A stretch of DNA of 64,000 bases. Origin: Botryllus schlosseri. Lineage: Eukaryota. The stretch is taken from contig CM119371.1 of assembly GCA_051294905.1 (NCBI GenBank), positions 10,542,001-10,606,000 on the forward strand, in the 5' to 3' direction. The notes under the pieces were generated by a model that was not told where the DNA came from, made no database searches, and saw only the letters and a list, made by a program, of their open reading frames with translations. Shown here in pieces: positions 49,552 through 61,217 of the stretch. Both the position numbers and the translations under genes were made by a program. Each line of letters begins with the position of its first letter. The first letter of the stretch is position 1.

Positions 49552-50002
49552 ATATTAAGCGTTTGTGATGAAACGGTTCGTACCGTTGCTCACAGGCAAG
49601 CTAGGACGGAAAAAATCAAATGTCCATAGATAACATTTTAAATCAAATGCAGAATACTGTTGATCATCATTTCTTTTCGCACGTCGCGGTATTCACTGAA
49701 ACTCAATTGTTTATCGTTCTGACGGTAAAAGAAACATCGTTGTAATTTACTCATATATCTATGTATAATCTATATACTTTGACTGCGAAATTCGTCCATA
49801 ACAAACTGTTTGTATTCTTGCGGACTGCAATTATACCAAGCTGAAAAATAGTCATTTGGTACTTTCTATTCATATATAACTTAATAGGTTATACGTCCAT
49901 TATACGAAACTACTAAAGATGTTTTGGAATCAGGAATTTAGAGTTGTACACTGTTTTCCAATACTTCTTTCATAACTGCACCACCGCGAATTTGATTTTT
50001 AG

Positions 50003-50134
50003 ATTTATACAAAACCACTCTAACATGAAGACTATACGCATATGCGAGAACAAGAGCGGTGACATTGCATGCAATTCCAGCCAGATTTTGCACATCGTAA
50101 GAGCAAATTACGGGGGATATGCTGGAACTACGAC
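50003..50134 (+). CDS. RBL/SUEL-lectin membrane receptor, first identifiable coding exon (N-terminal half of the lectin domain)
   Basis: TTTTTAG acceptor; FIQNHSNMKTIRICENKSGDIACNSSQILHIVRANYGGYAGTT (CE...C...ANYG motif); GTACGT donor, phase 2. Confidence 0.85.
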
Positions 50135-50359
50135 GTACGTGCGTGAATTTGTTTCGTTAAATTACTTTTAATAGCATAATCGCTCGTGTAGCCTATAGCT
50201 TTCCACAGTAGGCTATGTACAGGATTCTGTTCATACGCCGCTTCAGTTTGATGTATGGGTATGTAATCTAGATTACTGCAAATACCCGAGATAAATGGTA
50301 AATAAGGCGAGAACCATACAGCTTACCGACTACGCAAATCAGCTGCCTAGCCTACATAA

Positions 50360-51088
50360 AAACGGACGGAGCGTTTTAAATATGATGTGGTCTAAAATTG
50401 AGTTGAATTTCGGAAGACATTTTGGCAGCAGCGATTTTTCTCAGAAGGTCACCATATTCGAATTGCAGCTAAAAGATTCAAACGAAAAGTGCTATTTGAG
50501 TAATCGATCATAGTGATAGGGAGGAAACGTCACCACTTCTTAACCTTATGAGAAATTCCTGCCGCTGATTGCTTGACTGTTGCCATTTCTCGACGCGATC
50601 GAGGCAGAGAAATAGATAGCTGTCATCCGATATTTGATGTGAGTGTGCCCTACGAACCACAACGCTTCAGTTCAAGTGAGTAGGCGCACGGTGCCGGTGG
50701 TCGTCGGACGATGTTACAACGAGGACTATAAGCAGTGGTTGATAACGGTACGGGTATGACGCTTCACAGAATCATGCCTGACTGATCGTTGTCCAATGTC
50801 CATTGTATCGGCTGAGAACTCGTTCTGTCTGAAATTTATTCTCTGGGTCGAGTGCAAAAGTGAAGAAATTGGTGTCATAAATAACGCCAAGGGTTACAAA
50901 GCCATGACGCGTCATCTCGACTTTGCAAAGATTGATTACTGGAATAAACTTTCGGTGGAAATCTTTGAGAGCCGGTTCGGAATTCGTATGCGATGGCTTT
51001 CTGGGCAATGTGACTGCTTCCAAACTCTTTTTCAAACTCTCAATCGCAATTCGAGATCACATCATATTTATAGCACAGAGCCCCTTTA
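50360..51088. mobile_element. Degenerate relative of the 28590 Kolobok-like element (intronic)
   Basis: ATGATGTGGTCTAAAATTGA...CTCGACGCGAT resembles the 28590 arm; right end CACATCATATTTATAGCACAGAGCCCCTTTA. Confidence 0.55.
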
Positions 51089-51204
51089 GGTCATTTTCCT
51101 AATGACGACTGTGATATTGAGATAGTGCGCGGTCTTACATCGGCTGACACTCTTTAACGTGCACATCGTGATTATGCAATATGCATGAATCTATAGATCT
51201 ATCT

Positions 51205-51920
51205 CAGGGCCAGCCAACCCGTGGCCCGCGGGCCACATGTGGCCCGCGAGAAGGTTTTGAGTGGCCCGCGAGGTAATTTCCGAAATTTCTAATATCATCA
51301 AAAATGGATTGCACAGATTGTCAACTTGCAAGGCCAACCAAAATTTTGATTAGTCTGGCCGCAACACTTGAGATGTGATGACTAAAATATCAGTTTCGAC
51401 TCATTGACAGATCCATCAAACATTCACATATTGGTAGCCTATATCTTCGTACACGACAATAAAGCAGAATAATTTGCGATAGATCTATCAAAGGCAAGCT
51501 TAGCGCAATATGTTGTCACTCGATTTCTTGTTTTTAAAATTGTTGCCCTTTTGTGAAAATTGAAGAATACCCAATGTATCAGATTGAGTCTAACTATATT
51601 CGCGACTACGAGACAAAGTGTCGTTCAACATATGCGACCTTGCGTTTGCGCTCGCAGTAAGACCGTCGACTATGAAACCTAGGCACGAAATGGTTGACGC
51701 ATGCTGGTCGCAGCTTTCGATATCGATATGTCCATGCGCCGAATAGCCCAGCCCTCGCAAACTTAGTCCAACGATATACAGCAGGCCCGCAATATAGTCA
51801 AGTGACAATATTATTGACCTATGAACTTCAAAAAATTTTCGCGCCTCGCGCGGATAGTGGCCCGCGCAAAAGTTCGTCAATCGAATGTGGCCCTTTGGCT
51901 GAAAAGGTTGGCCACCCCTG
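51205..51920 (+). mobile_element. Charlie-like hAT MITE (intronic)
   Basis: CAGGGCCAGCCAACC...GGTTGGCCACCCCTG; GGCCCGCG motifs; perfect TSD ATCTATCT. Confidence 0.88.
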
Positions 51921-52101
51921 ATCTATCTGCTGTTTTCATCACAATGGGCAAACATAGACGAAAATTACCATGCTCGACATTAGTTCTGTATTGTGAGATG
52001 CGCAATCATGGTCAACTTGGAATATGCCTTTCACCAATATGGTTAAAGTATTTTGGCTACTGAATTCACGACATGATGCAGATTCCGGATGCTGAATATA
52101 A

Positions 52102-52910
52102 CACGGTTACCATATTTTGGAAATCTGAAAAGTGGACACTTTTTCACAATTTTCAGACTTACAGTACTGGAGTAAATTCCGGCTCCAGAAATGAACACTT
52201 TTGTTGAAATCTCCGTTAGTTGACTAAAAAGGGGACTACTATCCGGCTCAGCTCCCGAAATAACCTCCGCAGCTACTTCAGTGCTGATTTACTGTATCTC
52301 AGTCGAATTTTACCCTATATTTAACCAACATTCTCAAAAATAAAGAGGAGAAATCCTCTCAAAAGAGGACGTATGGTAACTAGGGCTGGGCAAAATCGAG
52401 TACCTGAGTGATTCGATTCTGAATCACGTAATATGCTTCGTGTCGAGTCGAGTAATCGAGTATCACTCATTATGACGCCACAATAGAATGTACCATGCCG
52501 AAGTTTAAATATGTACCTTTTATGCCACCGTAAAGAACATAATGCCTGTTATCCGTCACATTAATGATACTTTGGTATTTTTTCGACCATACCGATTTCA
52601 TTGCACTTCTTGACAATGTTGTGGGATGATCATGACTTCAGAAATGTGTTATTTCCAGTAACGCTCGTAGCTTTGTACTATGACTGGTATGCTGCGACAC
52701 GGCCAATCAAGGTTATCGGGCTTCCTCAGTGAAAAAAATAGTATCAAAACTATAATTCTCGTTGGCAAATTAATTTTCAGTTGCGTGGAGCATATACTTT
52801 CAGTACTCGAAAAAAATCGTCTTTTACTACTCGACTCGAATCATTGAAATTAATACTCGATTCAGATTCGAGTACTCGAATCATTGTGCCCAGCCCTGAT
52901 GGTAACCCTA
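52102..52910 (+). mobile_element. 23934-family MITE with a nested TAGGGCTGGGC MITE (52381-52898)
   Basis: Outer TSD GAATATAA/TAATATAA; the inner element is flanked by perfect ATGGTAAC, which is part of the outer TIR. Confidence 0.88.
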
Positions 52911-53079
52911 TAATATAATGCATTATCAACTGGAAATGTGCATTGTGCTATAGTAAACTAATGATATAATTGCAGAGGTCGTTGGGTTGATACAGTCACA
53001 GACGGTCCAAAATAGTGTCCGGAAACGACGTACAATAACGTCGTGGTGTCGAGTTGAACGAATCTATATTTTCCGCAAG

Positions 53080-53255
53080 GTGTGGCTTTTCGTCGAGAAG
53101 GAACTGCACAGCATCGACATCTTTTGGAAAAGTAAGAGATTCATGTCAGAATCAATCTTCGTGTCGACTCACTGCATCGAATAGCGAGTTTGATTGCGAT
53201 CCCTGCCCCAGAATATATAAATATCTGGAGGTTCAGTACAGCTGCCTTCTAAAAG
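53080..53255 (+). CDS. RBL receptor exon: C-terminal half of the lectin domain
   Basis: TTTTCCGCAAG acceptor with matching phase 2; CGFSSRRNCTASTSFGKVRDSCQNQSSCRLTASNSEFDCDPCPRIYKYLEVQYSCLLK (DPC and KYL motifs); GTAAC donor, phase 1. Confidence 0.9.
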
Positions 53256-53986
53256 GTAACGTTGCATTGTTTATACAATTACTCAAACACAGATCAAAAC
53301 CATATGCATATGAGCCTTGAATTATTACAGTAACCTTACCTTTCTTTCTATTTTTTGTTTGTTTATGTTAGCTATATGCTGTCTTTCGGGGACAATGACC
53401 ATATATACGAGTCCGATATACCTTATTATGATTCCGTATTTGTCGACTTCCAGGTTTAGCGCGACTCACTGTTAGGCTCTTATCAAGACAAGGCTCACGC
53501 CGATCAAATGGCGACAAGACGTCTAGATTAACCTCCAACAGTTTGAGGGAATTCAAGTCGACTTTGGTCGAACTCGAACACGCAACCTATTTGCGTTGCA
53601 GCTGTGGATAGCCTACTACCGCTATGTTATCTCGCCAACCGATAGTTTTGGTGTAAACAGTCATTCGGTTGCTGCCAACCGTGAATATCTTACATGCTAT
53701 TCAGGAACCTATTAAAAAGTCTTACAACGTCTAGGCGAAAACGTATTTCAGCTCATTGGTGGAATGATGGCCGTTCTGTAGTACAATGTATATGCAAGAA
53801 TACAATAGCAAGTAAATATAAATATATTGCTAGGTCTTGGCGGGAACATGTGCCACAAATAATCAGATCAGTTACAGGTGGAATCGCTTAATTGAATATA
53901 GGATTATGATCGTTGAACAACTTCTATCGAGCTTCTGAAACTGCGAGCAATCCATACCCTCTGTATTGTTCTTTCTGGATTATTAG

Positions 53987-54091
53987 AAACAACAAGATCT
54001 GACACCACTACTGAAAACCATATCACAACCTACAGTCATGGGTACGGGAATTCCACCGCTACATCGACCGAAGGAAATATAACTCCAGGAG
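53987..54091 (+). CDS. RBL receptor exon: Thr/Ser-rich stalk
   Basis: TTAG/GTAATT boundaries, 105 bp, phase 1-1; ETTRSDTTTENHITTYSHGYGNSTATSTEGNITPG. Confidence 0.8.
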
Positions 54092-55032
54092 GTAATTAGG
54101 CTTGATTAGATAATTGCCGGCAGAGCATTATATTTTCTAAACCGTCTTCACGTGTCGTTTATCATTGTAACACACAACTGCCGACAAGTGTAACGCCTGC
54201 ACAACGAAGACGTTGCGTAGCCACTCAGTAATCATATTTTACAAGCATCCCAAAATCAAGACCACTTGCCACGGATTGTTGAAAATAGGCACGTGCCGCA
54301 GCGAACGTCCTAAGAGTGTGGCTCTGCAGTCTCCCTGGGAGTGGCATTCTACAAAATATGTTGGTCCATTATTATTATATAAGTATTCCAGGAATGGATA
54401 GTTTGACGCTGTAAATAACTTTGTTGATTAAATTCCCAATGAATATTATGAGACGTGTTCGCATAAGGAAATGATTACAACGCAATTGTACGCCGTTATA
54501 CGCAGCCATGGGTACAAACTACACAAGTATCAGTCAAAATAAAGCATTGGCGAATTCGGTACAGCAAATCGAAAAACCAAGATGCCGCATATTGGTGTTA
54601 TTGAACAGTTTGAAGTTTCAATACAGACTCAAATTCATTCCCTCATAAATAATGCATCACCAGTCTCAAAATTATAAGCACCTTCTTTAGATTCCCCGCC
54701 ACAACAACCACTGCAGCATTAGACTGTGATATATTTCAGATTCAAAAACAACGTAAATTAATTTGGTGTAGTTGGGTTCAAGACATAGAATTACGTCGTT
54801 CAAAACTGTGCATCGAAAGTGCTCACTGCTTTCATTTTGAACAAGAACAGGTGGCCAGCATTCCCGGTATACTACTTATGAGATATCACATTTATGCCTT
54901 CGATGTGATGTTTTATCTCGCTACTCTTTGATTGGATTAATCGTGCTACCGATAGTCATGATGCCAGTTTTGCGAATTAGCCTGAAGTTCTCACTGACTT
55001 CCTCTCGCAAATAACTATAAACTTTATTTCAG

Positions 55033-55129
55033 ATGTCAAATCGTTGGAACCAGGCATTATAGCTGGCATCGTGCTGTGTGCGATGTTCGTTGGCCTGGCA
55101 TTTGCGGTCTTCCTAATTCAGTTGAGAAA
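55033..55129 (+). CDS. RBL receptor exon: transmembrane helix
   Basis: TTTATTTCAG/GTAAGG boundaries, phase 1-2; DVKSLEPGIIAGIVLCAMFVGLAFAVFLIQLRK. Confidence 0.88.
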
Positions 55130-55523
55130 GTAAGGAAACATTCTGTTTTTCATCGATATTCTGCGATGTTTATATCGATCCAATAGTACAACATGTGATT
55201 GTTTAGTATGTAAGCCAAAGATGTCTTCCTATAAACTTGTATCAGTCGATATGTCGTATTGAAATTGACTGACTAACGCGTGAACGTCCGGTGATGATGT
55301 GTTCTATGAACATTCTCAACATTTAGTGTCTTGAAGGATTAGATAATGGAGTTATTTCATACTAGAAAACTAGCATTTGTTAGAAATGTGCTGGATAATA
55401 CAATCATTTTTCAATCGACTCGCAGTTGCTTTGTAGGCCGGACGTAGGCTAATTGGCTGACGGGCCGTATATTACACACCCCTGACATAACTCTAGCCGG
55501 ATATCGTTACTGGCATATTCCAG

Positions 55524-55758
55524 AAATCGCGACGGAAAAAGCAATGAAGAATCTGGTGCGGGAGGCAAAGAAAAAGCTATCTATGTGATGAGCGATACGT
55601 ACCAGGGTGATGCCAGTGACGCTGGCGCAACCGATGCGACATATTATTCAACCATAACCGATGCAAATCAGTTCACATCAGAAAACCCATACGATTTCGC
55701 CGAACACGAAGACAATACAGGAACGATGACGGATAATATTATCTACGCATCTTTTTGA
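55524..55758 (+). CDS. RBL receptor last exon: tyrosine-rich cytoplasmic tail
   Basis: TTCCAG acceptor with matching phase 2; NRDGKSNEESGAGGKEKAIYVMSDTYQGDASDAGATDATYYSTITDANQFTSENPYDFAEHEDNTGTMTDNIIYASF then TGA. Confidence 0.85.
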
Positions 55759-55883
55759 GCTTGCAATTTGATTGGATGTGGACCAGCTATTGATTATGTC
55801 CTGTGGTATTTTCTCTCCTGTATGCAATTGTGAATTTTTCATGACGATGGTTTGCTTAACATCATGACTTGTATGACTTCGAT

Positions 55884-56330
55884 CCAGGAGCGGGCAACAT
55901 ACGGCCCCGACAAGATTTTCATCGGCCCGCAGAGAGGTTCTACCCAGCAAGTGAAATTCTAATGTGAAGGTATTGACAAATTTTATCCCTCACAGAATGA
56001 ATGCAAATTTTCCAACACGTGAAAGATGGTCATTGGTCATGAAACTACTTGTTGTGTTCGGGTGTTTACATATACATTTGCAAGCAAACATTTTCGACCA
56101 TGAACATTAACAAGATAATGCTGCGTTTCAATCTAACTGCCGTTCACGTGCAGTCTTTGCCAAGGGTTTCCATATCCGACAAAAAACCAAAGAACTTGTT
56201 GACAACTTTGATCGACTAGAGATATCTGATTGACTTCAACAGCCATTGAAGTACATTAGCTTGATCAATTTAATAAATACTGTTCTGGGCTATATTGTGC
56301 TTTACATATTTACAGTTAACATTATATACG
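55884..56330 (+). mobile_element. Charlie-like hAT remnant with a transposase dimerisation-domain fragment
   Basis: CAGGAGCGGGCAACATACGGCCC start; KFYPSQNECKF...MKLLVVFG...YICKQTFSTMNINKIMLRFNLTAVHVQSL. Confidence 0.65.
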
Positions 56331-56400
56331 ATTTTTACCTTGTATAGGCAGATAAATACTCGATTCATGTAACGATTCTGTCATAGGTGCCGACTTTTAT

Positions 56401-56590
56401 CCGATCAAGATAGCGTAATGGTTAAGCGTCCGGCTTCTTGATCGGTAGGTCGTGGGTTCGATTCCCGGCCGGGTCAGACCAAAGACCTGAGTAGTAACTC
56501 TGGTATCCATGACTTCCCTGCTTGGCGCTCATGCATTACTGGGATAGCATGGAGGGGTGGTGCATGACTTAGAAAGTCGTAACGGCTATA
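56401..56590 (+). mobile_element. tRNA-derived SINE, possibly with a Meta-type central domain
   Basis: A box TAGCGTAATGG, B box GGTTCGATTCC, then GGGTCAGACCAAAGAC...TGGTATCC...CTTCCCTGCTTGGCGCTCA; second copy at 32383-32493. Confidence 0.78.
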
Positions 56591-59500
56591 TCTGCACTTT
56601 CTTGTCCAGCAGCATATGCACATCATGCACTCATGGTATGCATATGCGCTGATCGTGTGTATGTATATCATGAGTCGGTGTATAATATACGTACACTGTA
56701 TATGCCGCAAAAAAATATCAAGGACAAAAATAAACTACGTCCTTTCCTTTCCTTTTATATTTGCATGGGGTGGCGGCAGGCGCGTAGCCAGGGGGTGTCG
56801 AAACCCCCACCTTTTTAAACGCAAAACCCCTTCCTTTTGAAATGACCATTCTGACGCTAATATTCAGTTGCAATTCAACAAGCCGTGTTATCAGTGTTAC
56901 GCCGGGCCAATTAGCGAGATTATTCTGTGCACGCACATCGCATCACACAGTGTAACGCGACGCGATCTCCCACTGAGATGATTGGGAATGTAGGTGATTG
57001 ATCGTCACGCACTCGGCATTCGTCGCTGGACTGAGCACTGAGCAGTAACACGGCGCGACAATTCTGGAACACGAAAGACAGGCAAGAATGATGATCACAA
57101 ACGCGCGCGGCCAATCAGCAATTATTATCCCTTACCGCAATGGGTTTTTACTTAGTAATTATGGGCACTGGAATAAATTCCAACTAGCAGGCACACACAA
57201 TAAAACACTGTTCAAGTTTGGACACAAAAATGGTTCACAAAATATTTTAAACGCGGCTTGCGGCCCTCAACGATGCAAATAATGCACTTTAATTTGTAAA
57301 AGGTGAACGTATATTTGGTCGTCAAATCGCGATAGTAGATGGCGTTTCTCAGTGCGGGCGATGAAATCTACGTTTCTAGCGATGTGGTCGAATTTGTACA
57401 ATGTAGGATAATCAAGCGCAATCAAGGATAATCCAAGAATTGTCATCGAAAAACTCGAATAACTCCGCTTCTAGGGCTTGGAATTGAGTCAAATTTGTTT
57501 TGCATCATTATTGAAGACAGCGCAACAATTTTATGGGGTTGAAAGAAAAATTTGAAAAAATTTTTTTTTTGCATTCATAGGCAAATTCGAAATTTTCAAA
57601 CTCTACGAAATCCGCGAATATTGGTTGGAATGAATTCAAATTTGGTGTGCGTCGTTTTTTAAGGCAACCTAGCGATTTAATCACGTAACCCGCAAGATTC
57701 AGGAAAAAAAGTTATTTTTGAACAGCCCTACTGTACATCTAATAGGATTGTCAGTTTGCTGAAATCAGCACCAGTACGCTGTGCGAAATACATAGTATTG
57801 ATCAATTTGATCGGACTGTACAATCGGCCGGCAAGGTTGCGCTGATAACGAAATTGCACTCATGCCGCAAACCTTCAATAATTACAATTACAGGGTGCGC
57901 TAGTCATATACCTAAATACCCAGATTCGGCAATGACAACGAGCACAATTTGTTTCGACGCGGGCATAAGTTTTAATCAAAAAGATACATAGACACTAACA
58001 ATATTACATTAAGAGATTGTTACTGTTTGGCGAAAGTGATTCTGCAGACGGTAGTAGGCCTGCATGCGGGGCGCTAAATCATACCGCCGCCGATAGTACC
58101 AATGAGACATCGATGACCCATTTCGTATACAAATTATTCTCACTAATTTTCAGTACGCAGCATCGATAATACGAATTTGTGAATTGGCATTTCACAAGGA
58201 TTGGAATTCTAGTTTTGAATGAGAAACTTACTGGCTAGGCACCTAGGATTTTAGTACCGACAACGCGCTGGTTATTCAGCCCGGGACATACGGCAGACGC
58301 AAGTCCCGATCAGCCAATCGAATTTGATCGTGAAATGATACGATTTTAATTATCGAGGTGTTATTGCTGCAAGAGCATTATTGCTGCACATGCCGCAACC
58401 TTATCAATAGAAATACAAATCCAGATGGTTTGAAATTCGATCGTCGACATAGTTGTGTCCGTTAGAGTCCGTCCAGCAATGATGTTTATTGAAACTTAAA
58501 AAGTTGACGCTGAAAATAATCGAATAAATTCATAATTTCCGCCACCCAGAATCTCTTGTTGCATCAATATATGACAACATAATTCAACATGCACTGCACA
58601 ATGGACAGTGTTAAGATCAAACACTGATAAGTGTCTTCGAGGGAATACTAGTGTGTAAAGCAGACAAGAATTAGTAGCCTGATGATAGCAAAACGAGAAA
58701 GCGCGCATCTAGGCCTAATCAGTAATTCCTCAACTTGCGTATGGCACAATGGAGTTCCGAGTCTGACATCGGGGCAATTCTTTGCAATTGAATATGCGCA
58801 CTTGGCGCAGGAATGACTTTCAATTCGCAGGAATGCACAAACACACTGTCCTATTTCACGGTCCAATTAAATAGGCTATATGACGACACTCACACAAGAA
58901 TTATTTTGTAAACGAATATGCGTGCAAATACAATTTAATTGAGAGAAGTATAACGTGAATTCGCTCGTCCGGTAGAGAGAGCTGATGTTTCTGAGAGCAC
59001 GCGTGTCGAAATCGACGTCGTAAACGAGGTCGCGTCGATTGCATGATTATTAATCACGGATTACAATTTATTTGGCCGTTAAGCAGTTAAGCACTAGTTT
59101 AAGCTGCGTATACAATGAGTCGCGCGCGTATCGGTTAATAGTAAATAGTTGGCATTTACGCGATAATCACAGACTCGCTAATTGACAGCACAGACGGCGG
59201 GCGTTTAAGCATTTTGTATGGGGTGGCCGCAACCCCATAATTATGTCATGGGGTGGCTGCGTCACACCATCACCACGTAACTCGGGGCCTATGGATTCTG
59301 TAATCCGGCCCGCCAACTACTTTATTTTCCCATGACAAGCTCGCCGACCGGTGAAGTTGCCCGCGCCTCTTTAATCTGCTAATTTAGCTGTATAAATTTC
59401 CAACTGCATACAGATTGATGGCTTAAATGCTAGCAAATCTTGACAGGATATGTAATGGAAGTATAAACCAATACTCACAAAATGCTCGAAATAATTTATA

Positions 59501-59949
59501 TACAGCAGCCCAGCTTATACGCACGCGGTGCTGGTTTGAATGTTATCGCGTAATATTGCTCACTTGAGGAAGGTGTTTTGGTTATTCAGTAAGTCTTGTT
59601 GTTTATTGGTTATTACAGTTCGCCCGATTCAATTTTGGCGTTTTTCTCAACGGCTATTCATGCGATCTATCGGACGGTAAAAACTCACCATGCAGCATTT
59701 GTATAGTTTCTGTCATCAGTTGTTATGTTTTTTTGTGTTCTCATGTATTCTTCTTTAATTTTCATTTCGCCGGTGTTTGAACTGTTAATTACTAGGCCTA
59801 TTATTAAAAGTTGTCAGGGGCACTTATCACCCGTTAAGGTATTGTGTGCCACGGACGCAAACAAATTCATGAAAATGGCAATCAGATTATTCCATAGATA
59901 GGCTACATAATATGAATAGAACAACGGCAGCAACAGTGGGTGATAGCGC

Positions 59950-61050
59950 GGGTTAAGAACACATCAAGCAGATTAAAATTAAGGTCGAGTACACTCGACG
60001 CGCACAAATGTGCGATGAAATTGATGTTCCGGACATACAATAATGAAATGGTACGTCGTTTCGGGTATATGACAACTTGATCAGGTTCACACCATATCTC
60101 TTATGACAACGTTCACCAGGTTTCTAATGACACGAGTTATGACTCGACTGAACTCAAGTCCGACTCGATTCATGATTTTCTGATGATTCGACTTGACTCG
60201 AGTCATTTTCTCAAAATACGGAAATGACTCGACTCGACTCGAGTTAATCTGTGTATTGACTCGACTTTGACTCGAGTCATTGCGCATGACTCGAACCAAG
60301 TCACATGAATCGAGACTCGGACGGCCAAAACCGACATTTCATTGTAATTTCGAAGAATAGTGAAGTATAACCACACTATTGGGATTTCGTCTATTGGTAC
60401 TGGTACTTGAAAACGCAACCACAAACTGTCAAAAGTGGGGGAAATTAGTATAATATAAATTCGAACCATATGATATCAGCAAATAGAGCTATAAAAAGTG
60501 GGTTTAATAAGACTTCAACAGGAAACTGAGCAGTCAACACAATGACTTGGACTAGGACTCGAGTCATAATACCACGACTCAGACTCGACCCTCTACTCGC
60601 TGACTTGGACTAGGACTTGACTCGGCGGTGAATTGAAAATAACTCGACCTGACTCGAGTCAAAACTATAAAAGGGAGATTGACTTGTGACTCGGAGCCTT
60701 TTGACTTGGTTACAACAACCCTGACGTTCACAAAAGAGGCAGTTCACAACCGACTTTGAACAGATAAACTTCAGCTTGCAGTGTCCAGTGCGGATCCGGA
60801 ACATGATGGAATCGAAAAGACGGTTGGAGAGCATCGGTGATCAGTTCTGACAAAGCTCCAACAAGATTATTTCTCGCTACGTTACCATTACCAAAAACTT
60901 GAAACTTGCGATAACCAGCAAACAGCTTTTCTATAAGGGTTTACGATAGCAAAGCAGTGAAAGAGGATCAGTAATGTCAAAAAACGCATCGCGAGGGCCA
61001 ACCAACATCATTCTGCAAAACGGATTAGTCAGTAAAATACGCCATAAGTA
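59950..61050 (-). pseudogene. 3' remnant of a non-LTR retrotransposon ORF2 (post-RNase H Cys/His knuckle), split by a MITE
   Basis: After removing 60117-60723 the minus strand reads ...DSIMFRIRTGHCKL...SSCHIPETTYHFIIVCPEHQFHR (with a frameshift), matching the R.RTGH..L / C..C...ET..H....CP.....R pattern. Confidence 0.55.
60117..60723 (-). mobile_element. hAT-type MITE (35318 family), inverted
   Basis: Perfect TSD ACGTTCAC (60109-60116, 60724-60731); GACTCGAGTC arrays. Confidence 0.88.
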
Positions 61051-61217
61051 GCAGAAAAACTGAGGATATCATCATATGGGCTCTTTGCGGCGTCTCTTAA
61101 TTGTTTGGATATCGCACTTTCAATGATGTGTGCGCATTACAAAATAACAAAAATAGCCGTCCTGGATACGTAGGTATAGACCTAGTGTACAAAACAACAC
61201 TTCAAATACATCACAGT

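Noticed and set aside
52976..53079. Longer lectin exon starting at the upstream CAG, or ORF 52987-53184
   Set aside because: Stops occur in the lectin frame upstream of 53054; the 53080 acceptor gives the correct phase and domain continuity.
55570..55600. YxxM PI3K-binding motif in the receptor tail
   Set aside because: The sequence is YVMS, with Met at +2 rather than +3.
56401..56475. Functional tRNA gene
   Set aside because: Continues into a SINE-like body shared with 32383-32493 and has no poly-T terminator.
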